This document shows, piece after piece, positions 53,800-64,000 of a stretch of 64,000 nucleotides of DNA (the first letter of the stretch is position 1; every line of letters begins with the position of its first letter). Source of the stretch: Squalus acanthias (lineage: Eukaryota); the NCBI GenBank assembly GCA_030390025.1, contig CM059432.1, forward strand, positions 34,474,001 to 34,538,000, written 5' to 3'. Made by a program: the position numbers and the translations under genes. Below the pieces are notes generated by a model that saw only the letters and a program-made list of their open reading frames with translations, was not told where the DNA came from and ran no database searches.

Positions 53800-54358
53800 T
53801 CATCCAAATTTGTGTTATCTCTGGATTTGACTATTCCAATGCTCTCCTGACCGGCCTCCCATCTTCCACCCTCCATAAATTGGAGCTCATCCAAAACATT
53901 GTTGCCCATATCCTAACTCGCAACGGGTCACATTCACCCATCACCCCTGTGCTTGCTGCTCCTGGTCAAGCAACGCCTCAATTTTAAAATTCTCATTCTC
54001 ATGTTCAAATCCCTCCATGGCCTCATCCCTCCCTATCTCTGTAACCTCCTCCAGTCCTACAAACATCCGAGAACTCTTTATTCCTCCAAATCTGGCCTCT
54101 TGTGCATCCCCCACTTCCTTCGCCCCACCAATGGCAGCCATGCATTCAGTCGTCTAGGCCCTAAACGCTAGAATTCCTTCTCTAAACCCTTTCTCCTCCT
54201 TTAAGACTGTCCTTAAAACTCACCTCTTTGTCCAAGCTTTTGGTCACCTGTCCTAATGTCTTCTTTAGCTCTGTGTCAATTTGTCTGATTATGCTCCTGT
54301 GAAGCGCCTTGGAGCTTTTTACTATGTTAAAGGCGCTATATAAATATGAGTTGCTGTT
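53800..54358 (+). mobile_element. L2 LINE 3' fragment
   Basis: QRLNFKILILMFKSLHGLIPPYLCNLLQ; tail aaaggcgctatataaat. Confidence 0.85.
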
Positions 54359-54854
54359 GAACCTGGTCGTTTCCAAAACTGTATCAATCAATTCTACACC
54401 AGGCAGTGCAATTGCCACCCATGATCTGATTAAATAATGAACCTCTCGTTCCATGGGTAGGGCTACACGACAGTCAAAATGCCAGCTGGTCGAAAACAAA
54501 TAAACAGGAATAGTTGAAGAGAATTCTCTCAACAGCCAGCCAAAGTACATTCTACTTGACCCATTGATTTTCCAACAGTGCAATTAGTGCCTTGAATCTG
54601 CTGCTCAAAAACAGATGTGACAGGCACTTTGCAAGTAAAAAGAGTAACAAGCATCAATCACTTGAGGACAACAGAATGTTCAAAACAGTGTTGAGTCGGT
54701 AGTCCTTTCCATGTCTAAGTGCGTTAAATTATAATTGTGGGCATAGGAATTTATAATGGAAAAAGTTGACACAAAAATGTGATATAAAAATAAAAACAGG
54801 AAGTAAGGTTTTGCAGACAGGATGTGCGTGCAGACATAAGATTTCTAACTGCGT

Positions 54855-55085
54855 AAACAACAACTTGTATTTATATAGCGCCTTTAACATAGTAAAACGT
54901 CCCAAGGCACTGCACAGGAGTATTTTAAGACAAAAAATTTGACACCGAGCCACATAAGGATAAATTAGGGCAGGTGACCAATAGCTTGGTCAAAGAGGTA
55001 GGTTTTAAGGAGGAAAGAGAGGTAGCAAGGCGGAGAGGTTTAGGCAGGGAATTCCAGAGCTTAGGACCTAGGCAACAGAAGGCAG
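54855..55085 (-). mobile_element. L2 LINE 3' end
   Basis: Reverse of the tail at 54150-54358. Confidence 0.8.
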
Positions 55086-55312
55086 GGTTTCCATTGCACA
55101 TTCGGCCTAGTTATGCTCGCAGGAGCAGGAAATTCCCGACTAATATCTGAAGAACTACAGCAGATCCTAGCTCCAAAAGCAGATGAAGGTAAAACATACA
55201 AGGTCAATCAATACAGGCAGCATCTTCTGAAGAAATTCATCAGTCTTAAAGGGGAGGTGCATTCTGCTTCAGCAGGTGGTGGAAGTGGCTGGGAAACAGA
55301 CTGAGGAGCAAC

Positions 55313-56976
55313 ATGGCAGAGAGAACTCCCAGGTTTTCAGACGCAGCACTGAAGGCCTTGGTGCGAGAGGTGCACAGGAGAAGAGAGGTCCTCTATCCAC
55401 AAGGGGCCAGTAGGTCCGGCAGACAAACTATGAGAAGGCATTGGGACCAGATAGCTGTCATGGTCAATGCAAGCAGTGTAGCCCGAGGACCTGGATGCAG
55501 TGCCGCAAGAAATTTACTGACCTCACACAAGTGGTCAAGGTCAGTGAATTCATCTTCAAATGCCATATCTCACAAACTGCTCCACTAGCCTCACACACTG
55601 CTCAATTCACCACACCCCCATTACTCACCTACCAGCGATCAATTCTATCAATCTATCAATCACGACTCATACCTCACATTCATATGCTCCATCTCACCCT
55701 CACACACTTACCACTGCTGCAAGCCTAACACCCACACCTCACAGCTTGCACACACTGCCAGCTATTCAACCATGACAGCCACATCAGCCAAACACATTGA
55801 ACCATACTCACTGACATACTACCCTCTCTTGTGCAGGACAAGGTGGCACACAACCATAGGCAGCAGAAGCTAACCGGAGGGGTACAGGCGCGCCTCCATA
55901 TACTGACTCCGCTCGAGGAGACAGTGCTCGGCATAATTGGAGTGGCTGTGACTGAGGCCGTGGCCAGCGGTGGCGATGAAACCATTGAAGATGACGGTAT
56001 GCTCATACCTAATCCTCCTTCTCACATCCCACTTCCCCTTCATCCCATGATCTCTTCTGACTTACAAGCAATGTTCCGTCTAATTTTTTTGCGCGCAATC
56101 CCTTTAAATTTTCTGCATGCGTGGTACTTTCAAGCAGCAGCAGCTAGTGAGCGGCCTGCGCGGAACCTCCCGATCGGTGCACGGCTGCGTGGGGGGAACA
56201 TTGCTTACAAGCTGCAGATGGTGTAAGCATGCACCTCTTGCTTTCCCTCCCCCTCACCACAACCCTACCCTTGTGCTTTTCTCATTTCAGAGACCCAAGA
56301 AATCCAACCTGGCCAGGCAGTGGTGCAAGAAGAAGAGGGAGAGGAGAGTGATGATGAAGAAGAAACACCGTTACTCGATCTGACATTCGCAGTGACCAGC
56401 TCAGATACTGGCACTGCGCAGACTTTAGAGGGTAGCTTAGAGGCGGGATCTGCACGTGGTGAGTCAACGGGCATGAGTGGGCTGCAGCCAGGGCAGGGGG
56501 AATGGGTAGCGCAGGTGCCAGCTCCCTGGAGGGCGAAGTCGCACACGAGTTCTGCTGCACAGGACTCAGATGAGGACTTCGATGGGGCAGCCTACAGATG
56601 AACGCTGATGGGTATGCACAATGAAATGCTTGGTGCATTGGCAGGCCTACCAGAAAGCCTTAATGCAATGTCAAGGAACATGGAGGAGTCCAGCACCAAC
56701 TTTGCACATAATGTGGAGCCCATCCTTTCCAGCGGGGAAGGGGTAGTCAGATCCATTAGCGCACTTGTGGACCCAACCATCATGCAGCGTCTGATAGTCG
56801 ATGTCTCAGCTCCCATTGCAGCACAAGCAGAAGCCACCCAATGGCTAAGTGCTGCAATGGAAGCTCAGACTGAAGTCATGCAAGCTCTGCTTGCTGCCAT
56901 GCAAGCACAGACTGCTGCCATCATGGCTGGGTTTACCAGTGTTGAAAAGGGCTTGCACCCATCAGTCAGGCAATAA
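55313..56976 (+). pseudogene. Harbinger Myb/SANT-like DNA-binding gene, 3 exons (55313-55539, 55837-55996, 56291-56976), disrupted
   Basis: RTPRFSDAALKALVREVHRRREVLY..WDQIA..VN..RTWMQCRKKFTDL; GT/AG introns with consistent phases; frameshift near 55480; in-frame TGA at 56599. Confidence 0.85.
56069..56203. mobile_element. hAT-type MITE in intron 2 of the Harbinger Myb gene
   Basis: TIR caatgttcc/ggaacattg; perfect 8-bp TSD cttacaag at 56061-56068 and 56204-56211. Confidence 0.88.
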
Positions 56977-57374
56977 GGGAATGCACAAGGGTGATTAGTT
57001 GACTTTTGATTGAAATATTGTAATGGTTTAATTTATAAAAGTGGTTTGGAATGTTTGTTTTGTGATGGCTTTTATTGTAGTTTTGTGGCCAAGAGAATGC
57101 TGTGATGATCAGTAAGAGAGGGAAGGTAAGGTGTGGGACTAATATTCAATGGGAATTGGGATTGCGTTCACTGGTACCGCAGTCGGATGATTCGATCACG
57201 GACAGCCCGGGCAGAAAGAGGCTTTCTGGGTTGCCTCCTCCCTTCCGATTCCTCCTCCTCCTCCTCCTCTTCCTCTGCAGTTGGTCGCCGTATGCTTGGT
57301 GACAAGGGCTGTGCACTCATGATGGCGAGGTTGTGGAGCATGCAGCAGACTACCACCTTGAGACACGGTCTGGT

Positions 57375-58311
57375 CTTCTTTTCTTTCATATGGTAGTAGC
57401 AAAGCAAATCAGATGTCAATATCTAAGTCAGATATCCAGGCCAAAGCTTCCAGTGTAACAGCGTGGATATCTTGTAGGCTGCCTGCAAATTTCCTCTGAG
57501 GGCAGTGTGCAATGATGTGCTCCAGGGTCTGATTAGGAGCTCCACAGTCGCATGATGGGGGTGCTTTAATCTTCCATCTATGGAGAAGGCAGCATCTACC
57601 ATGACCGGTTCTGAGGCGGTTGATGGTTGTCCACTGTTTGCGAGGAAGGTTTGATCCTTCAGGTTGTACTGTGGGGTCCGCTATAAGGAATCCATTCCGT
57701 ATGTCGCAGTTCTTCCAAGCATTTCACCATCGGTCATCAAGGCTGAGGGGAGATTGCTGAAGAGCTTCGGTGACGGTCCAAAATGGCCGTCTAGATTTGA
57801 GACGGGTTGGTGGTAGGTTGTTTAAGTCGGCCTGGATCGGCATGTTTTTGCTGGTGTAGTGGTTGTATTCTCTGGAGACTACATATTCGCGGCGTAGGTG
57901 TGGTGGTGCGAAGTTTGCAAGCACGGGCAGTCAAGGTGTTGGTGTTGATAAAAGCGTACCGGTGATAATTCTCATAGTAGAATTCAGCTGGACATTAATG
58001 GATTTGACATGCAGACTCGATCGCCATGCCGGAGAGCAGTACTCCGCTGTAGAGTACACCAGGCGAGTGCTGCCGTACGGAGGGTTTGAGCGTCTGCTCC
58101 CCATGTGGATCCGGCGAGTTTCTGGATCAAGTTGACCCTACTCTTTAGTTTCTTCCCAAGGTTCTGGAGATGTTGTCTATATGACAGGGTACGATCGAGC
58201 ATGACTCCTAAATAGAAGGGTTTTTTGGCATGGTTTACCTCTGCGCCGCCAAAGGAGACTTTCAAAGCTTGGTTTGCTTGCTGGGTGTTGAGGTGGAATG
58301 TCGGTGAATGT
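57375..58311 (-). mobile_element. 5'-truncated Vingi-like (Ingi/I-group) LINE
   Basis: YLGVMLDRTLSY..KLAGSTWGADAQTLRTAAL, LANFAPPHLRR, C-terminal CDCG..TLEHIIAHC; 3' end ccatatgaaagaaaagaaga; TSD cacggtctggt 57364-57374 / cacgctctggt 58312-58322. Confidence 0.75.
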
Positions 58312-58854
58312 CACGCTCTGGTGAGTACTGCAGGCTCCTTCAGAGCACTCCAGGCAGCGGAAGCATTGTTCAAAAACGGTCCACTCTATCAGATTCTGTG
58401 TGGCAGTGTGGCTTTCGTTATATGCATGCTGCCCACATGTGGTTGGGTTGCGCATCGGAGTCATGAGCCAGGTGATCAGCAGGTAGCCGGTGTCGCCCAG
58501 TAGCCACCCTCTGGTTTGTCGTGGTGGCTTAAATGCTGATGGTACAGCGGACTGCCGCAGAATGAAGGCATCATGGTTGCTGCCAGGATACTAAGCATTG
58601 ACTTGCATGGTGCGCTGAGTATGGTCGCACACCAGCTGGACATTGAGGGAGTGGAATCCCTTCCGGTTGCGATACGTCTCCGAATTGAGATGCGGCGCCC
58701 ACAAAGCGACGTGTGTGCAGTCAATGGCACCCTGCACCGTGGGGAAGCCTGTTATCCTGGCAAAGCTGCATGCTCGCCCCGCCTGCTTCCCTCTGGCAGA
58801 GAGAATAAAATGTATTCAGCTCTCCTTGCACCATGGGGAAGCCTGCTATCCTGG

Positions 58855-59578
58855 TGGTGATGGGGAATCCTCAGTTGAGGAAAAAGGAAGACATATCGGA
58901 AGCATTGGTATGGAAGGTGGCATCGTCAGAACAGATGCGACGGAGACAGAGAAACTGGGAGAGTGGAATAGAGATCTTACAAGAAGCAGGGTGGGAGGAA
59001 GTGTAGTCAAGGTAGCTGTGTTAGACAGTGGGCTTATTGTGGATATTGGTCGATAGCCTATCCTCAGAAATGGAGACAGAGAAGTCGAGAAAGGGAAGGG
59101 AAGAGTCGGAGATGAACCATGTGAAGGTGAGGGAAGGGTGGAAATTGGAAGCAAAGTTGATGACATTTTCAAGTTCAGGGCAAGAGCAGGAAATGGCACC
59201 AATACAGTCATCAATGTACCGGAAAAAGAGGTGAGGGAGAGGACCTGAGTAGGACTGGAACAAAGAATGTTCCACATATCCCACGAAAAGGCAGGCATTG
59301 CTCAGACCCATATGGGTTCCCATAGCAACACCTTTTATTTGGAGGAATTGAGTGGAGTCAAAGGAGAAGTTGTTCAATGTGAGAACAAGTTCAGCCAGGC
59401 AGAGGAGGGTGGTGATGGATGGGGACTGGTTGGGCCTCTGTTCAAGGGAGAAGCAGAGCGCCCTCAGGCCGTCCTCGTGAGGGATGGAGGTGTAGAGTGA
59501 TTGGACGTCCATGGTGAAAAGGAGACGGTTAGGGCCTGGAAACTGTTAAAGTGGCGGAGGGCGTCGGAAGAGTCACAG
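58855..59578 (-). mobile_element. Penelope-like (Neptune-type) reverse transcriptase fragment
   Basis: MDVQSLYTSIPH, QIKGVAMGT, FRYIDD, LPFLD are Penelope RT motifs. Confidence 0.88.
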
Positions 59579-60671
59579 ACGCTGTTCGTCGCTGAGGTTG
59601 AGTTAGGACAATTGCTCCCTGAAGACCCCGGGTGGATATACCTCCTGCTGAGAGTCCTTCTCCCCCTCCTCCTCCTCCCTCTTCTAGCAGCTTGTCCTGC
59701 TCTGTGTTGCCTCTGCCCATTCTCCGTGTCATGCTGCAGGCCAAGGGGGATAACAAACTACTGCACCCATGTCTGGGAGCAACTGGTCTGAGCAGTCCCC
59801 TTGCAAGTCAGTACCAACTCCTTGAGCGCGTGCCACACCACACCTTGTAGAATTTAAGCAACTTTAAAGATGTCTAGAAAGCCCCAAACACTTGCACAAA
59901 CTCAGCAACTGCTAGTAGAAATCAATCAGCAACCAGCCTGTAAATAGGTGATGATCCCTTTAAATAGCGCTGGTGTGGTGTCCTTCATGCTGCTGAATGC
60001 ATGTTCAGCTGTGTGAGCTAAGAGAGGGCGATAGCTCCAGCGTTGTGGTCGAAAATTGCAACGCTGGCGTCAAATCAGCTGATTGACGTCACGATCCGCC
60101 TACTCTGCATACTAACGGCGCGCTCTCCCAGCACCGATGCTAACACTCTCATCAAAATGGCGTCCATGCAGCCCGCACTAGAAGTGTACGCGCGCTGCTT
60201 GGACGCCATTTTGCACACAAAACAGCACCCGTAACACTGAAAAACCGGGCGCTATGGAGCCGAATTTTTAGCCCCTGATCTTTTCCTGTTTGCAGGAGTA
60301 ACATTTGATTGATCGCAGAACAGTCATACTGATGCCAATAGTTTGGGTCACTGGTTGTTAACTGACACAACCAAACCATTGTCCTTGATGAATAATATGG
60401 GCAGAACAAAGAACACAGCAATGGAGTCTGCTGTCACCAGAGAATTTAAGAGATTTGTTCCTGAATTAAAAATTCCGCAATACTGCACTGCTTGCCGTTT
60501 AACATGTTCTGATTAACATGCCCGCTTAATTTAGCCTGACAGACTGACTGGAAACATTGCCACCCAGTGCAGTTGCATCCAAATTAATCTTGAACCACTG
60601 ACTTATTGTGACCCACTTTCAGCAGTTACACGTATCTATCTGACAACTGCCACTGCCGAACCATGAACTGA

Positions 60672-60849
60672 GTGTCAGCTATGGCTCAGTTGGTAGCACT
60701 CTTGCCTCTGATTCATCACCAGCGACTTGTGCACAATATCTAGGCTGACACTTTAATGCGGTATTGAGGGAGTGCTGCAGTGTTGGAGCTGCTGTCTTTC
60801 GGATCAGACGTAAAATCATCTGCCTTCTCAGGTGAACATAAAAGATCCA
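60672..60849 (+). mobile_element. DeuSINE 5' part, split by the Penelope insertion; 3' part at ~62558-62745
   Basis: A box tggctcagttgg; the body resumes after 62557. Confidence 0.75.
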
Positions 60850-62557
60850 TTACAATAGCAAAATACTGCGGATGCTGGAAATCTGAAATAACAACAGAAA
60901 ATGCTGGAAACACTCAGCCGGTCAGGCAGCATCTGTGGAGAGAGAAACAGAGTTAACGTTTCAGGTCGATGACCCTTCGTCAGAACTGGAAAAGGTTAGA
61001 GAAGTAACAGATTTATAAGCAAATTTGGGGCAGGGAAAGGGAGGAGGGGATGAAAGAACAAAGGGAAGGTCTGTGATAGGCTGGAAGGCAGGAGAGATTA
61101 AAAGACAAAAGGGATGATGGTGCAAGGCAAAAGGAGATGGTAATGGAACAAGTTAAGAAACAAAAGATGACTCTAGATGAGGTGTAAATGGCAATGGCAG
61201 AATCATCAACAGCTACCATGTGAGAGAAAAAAAGAGAAAAAAAATATTGGGGTCAAGGTTATAGTTTGAAATAGTTGAACTCGATGTTGAGTCCAGAAGG
61301 CTGTAACGTGCCTAATCAGTCCTACTTAGGTCCCCTCCCTCACCTACCTGGACTACACTTCCTCCCACCCCGCTTCCTGTAAGGACTCTATTCCATTCTC
61401 CCAGTTTCTCCGTCTCCGCCGCATCTGCTCTGACGATACCACCTTCCATACTAGTGCCCCTCTACTGTGGTTGACATGGCCCTCGACCGTGTCCGTTCCA
61501 TTTCCCGCACTTCTGCTCTCACCCCTTCCCCTCCCTCCCAGAACCACAATAGGGTTCCCCTTGTCCTCACCTTTCACCCCACCAGCCTCCACATTCAACG
61601 GATATCCTCTGCCATTTCCGCCACCTCCACCGTGATCCCACCACCAAACGCATCTTCCCCTCCCCCACCTTTCAGCATTCCAAAGGGACCACTCCCTCCG
61701 CGACACCCTAGTCCACTCCTCTATCACCCCCAACACCCCTTCCCCTTCCCACGGCACCTTCCCGTGCAAGCGCAGGAGATGCAACACCTGCCCTTTTACC
61801 TCCTCCCTTCCCACTGTCCAGGGCCCCAAACACTCCTTCCAGGTGAAACCACGATTTACTTGTACTTCTTGCAATTTAGTATACTGTATTCGCTGCTCAC
61901 GATGCGGTCTCCTCTACATTGGGGAGATCAAACGCAGATTGGGTGACTGCTTTTCAGAACACCTCCGTTCACTCCGTAAGCGTGACCCCGAGCTTCCGAT
62001 TGCCTGTCACTTTAATTCTCTGCTCCACTCCCACTCTGATCTCTTCATTCTCGGTCTCTTACACTGTTCCAACGAAGCTCAACGTAAGCTTGAGGAACAG
62101 CACCTCATCTTTCGATTAGGCACTTTACAACCTTCTAGACTCAACATCGAGCTCAACAATTTCAGACCATAACCTCGGCCCCAATGTTTTCTTTTTTCTT
62201 TTTTCTCTTTTTCTCCTCTCACATGGCAGCTGTTGATGATTCTGCCATTGCCATTTACACCTCATCTAGAGTCATCTTTTGTTTTTTAACTTGTCCCATT
62301 ACCATCTCCTTTTGCCTTGCACCATCATCCCTTTTGTCTCTTAATCTCTCCTGCCTTCCATCCTATCACAGACCTTCCCTTTGTTCTTTCCTCCCCTCCT
62401 CCCTTTCCCTGCCCCTACACTTGTTTAAAAATCTGTTACTTCTCCAACTTTTTCCAGTTCTGTCGAAGGGTCATCGACCTGAAACATTAACTCTGTTTCT
62501 CTCTCCACAATGCTGCCTGATCTGTTGAGTGTTTCCAGCATTTTCTGTTGTTATTTT
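60850..62557 (+). mobile_element. Neptune-type Penelope element with inverted pseudo-LTRs
   Basis: Arms 60886-61317 and 62114-62556; GTFPCKRRRCNTCP Cys linker; NLVYCIRCSRCGLLYIGE..EHLRS..EEQHLIFRLGTLQPSRLN (GIY-YIG); TSD ataaaag(a/g)tcca at 60838-60849 and 62558-62569. Confidence 0.9.
60951..60987 (-). ncRNA. Minimal type I hammerhead ribozyme motif
   Basis: On -: agtt CTGACGA a GGGTC atc GACCT GAAA CG TT aact, with palindromic AACGTT stem III. Confidence 0.78.
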
Positions 62558-63394
62558 ATAAAAGGTCCAATGGAATCTTTCAAAGAAGAGCTGGATAGTT
62601 CAATTGTTGGGCCCTTGCTGTGCACATATTGGGTGTCACGTTTCCCCTACATTACATCAGTGACTGCACTTCAAAAGTACTTCACTGCTGTGAATTACTT
62701 GGGGATGTCTTGAGATTGTGGAAGGTAGTATATAAATGCAAGTTTAGTTTACCCAGATGGAAAATTCCCGACTATAGTTATGCTATCTCTTTAACTGATA
62801 CAGTGCCACCACCCCTTTAATATATTTTTAGCTGTTTGGTAATTCTCACTGCCACCAATTCCGATAGAAAATGAGTTTAATGTACCATTTTGTTTTCTTT
62901 GGATCAGATATGTTTCTGATCAGTATACCCCATCTCTCACTCTTACTGTTTAATCAGGACTGACACCAGAGGATAAATTGTTTCAAAACCGCACAGTTCT
63001 AAGTAGAGCAATCGATACATCATAACACATGGGCGGTGTGAAAACCAGTTGAAAATCTATCAGGCACTCAGCCGCTAGTTGAACTTGCTCAGATCTCAGG
63101 ATCCGTCTCTTTGATCAGGAGGTGGTCAAGATTGCTCCATTCAGTGGTCAAATACACCGCTCAGTCTGGGTACTGAGCCATACAGACAAGGAAGATCCCA
63201 GGTAGCATGCGCTGAGTTATAGCTGATCTCAGTCAGGGCAGCAATAAGGGGCTACAATTGGCCTCATCACCCCTTGATTAGGAAGGGGCAAGAAAAAAAT
63301 AAATCAGCTTTCTCGCAATCGGGTGATAATCCGCCCCCCCCCCCCCGCCCCGCCAACCCCACACCCATCCAACCCCAGCAAGTGCTGTTCTTCC

Positions 63395-63680
63395 AATGAG
63401 ATGTTAAATGCCTGGTCTGCATGTTCAGGTGGATGCTAAAGATCTATGGCACAATTTAAGGAGAGCAGGGGAGTTCTTTCGGTGTCCTGGTCAACATACA
63501 GTCTCAACCAACACCACCAAAGAACAGACTAACTGGTCATTCATTCATCTCGCTGCTGTCTGTGGGCGCTTGCTGTTCACAAAATGGCTGCCTTTTTTAC
63601 CGACAGAACAACAGGGGAGTGGACGTCAAAGCAATTCGAAGCGATTTGGGAGATCCTGAGAGAGGTGATGATGGCGCTAT
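63395..63680 (+). mobile_element. Old DeuSINE body and tail
   Basis: atgagatgttaaa..ggtgtcctggtcaac..aaaatggctgcc..ggcgctat. Confidence 0.65.
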
Positions 63681-63726
63681 TCAGTTTTCTGAATTTTCAC
63701 TGAGAAACAAAATAGCATCAAACCAG

Positions 63727-63745
63727 CAGCCACCAGGGGGCAGTT
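63727..63745 (+). promoter_or_regulatory. CTCF-like motif
   Basis: gCCACCAGGGGGCAGt matches the CTCF core consensus; motif only, binding unproven. Confidence 0.5.
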
Positions 63746-64000
63746 GTAACTCAGACCTGCACAGAGGCACTTTACAGAGCACCCAGACTGTTTGTTTACG
63801 TGGGACCTTTACCCTGGAGCCCCGAGATGGCCACATCAAATTTTACATGTAGCTACTAACATATCTATGTGTTCAGATCTACAATCCATTCACCATTCTG
63901 AACCTCTCCGCTGTCAAATTCAAACAGAGAAAGCAACAGAGCAAGAAATAAAAATGGAGACCGAGGTGCCGGGGCTTCAGGCCCCGATAAGGCCGACAGG

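Larger units (their letters stand above)
57168..59770 (-). pseudogene. Harbinger DDE transposase, disrupted by stops and two nested retroelements
   Basis: GFPTVQGAIDCTHV, YRNRKGFHSLNVQLVCD, YPGSNHDAFIL, WLLGDTGY, YNESH, VVVCCMLHNLA; Arg-rich N-terminus at ~59580-59770; probable right TIR aatttttagcccc ending 60275. Confidence 0.88.

Noticed and set aside
55313..59770. Domesticated HARBI1 or MSANTD/NAIF1-type host genes
   Set aside because: Frameshifts, in-frame stops, nested insertions and the convergent two-gene layout indicate a dead transposon
60290..60461. Possible minus-strand coding exon after a ttttaattcAG acceptor
   Set aside because: Stops in all three frames and no recognisable homology; a non-coding exon is not excluded
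47500..64000. MRPL55 or GUK1, the next genes in human synteny
   Set aside because: No recognisable exons found by eye; they may lie outside the window, and small diverged exons could have been missed

Overview
Vertebrate genomic DNA, most likely a shark or other cartilaginous fish (dense CR1 and L2 LINEs, SacSINE1-like DeuSINEs, Neptune-type Penelope elements). Two intact spliced genes lie tail-to-tail. The first is a class I ADP-ribosylation factor on + (CpG promoter ~1340-1660; coding exons 15633-15780, 16461-16571, 18955-19079, 19559-19720; 181 aa), called ARF1 by synteny. The second is C1orf35/MMTAG2 on - (8 coding exons from 46437 to 22328; 295 aa). The rest is mostly transposon-derived: CR1 fragments (two retain ORF1), L2 ends, tRNA-headed DeuSINEs, a hAT-type MITE family with 8-bp TSDs, a Tx1-like fragment, a probable solo LTR, and a decayed two-gene Harbinger carrying nested Vingi-like, Penelope and MITE insertions. 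The most notable hidden structures are two Penelope insertions built as ~400-bp inverted repeats. Each carries minimal hammerhead ribozyme motifs, intact on one arm and mutated on the other. Other leads are an inverted CR1 pair bracketing ARF1 exons 2-3, a splice-switchable uORF in ARF1 exon 1, a divergent ARF N-terminal helix and an unexplained 87-bp intronic inverted repeat. I found no convincing wholly novel gene system; the leads are variants of known phenomena. Exon boundaries were read by hand; repeat boundaries are approximate.
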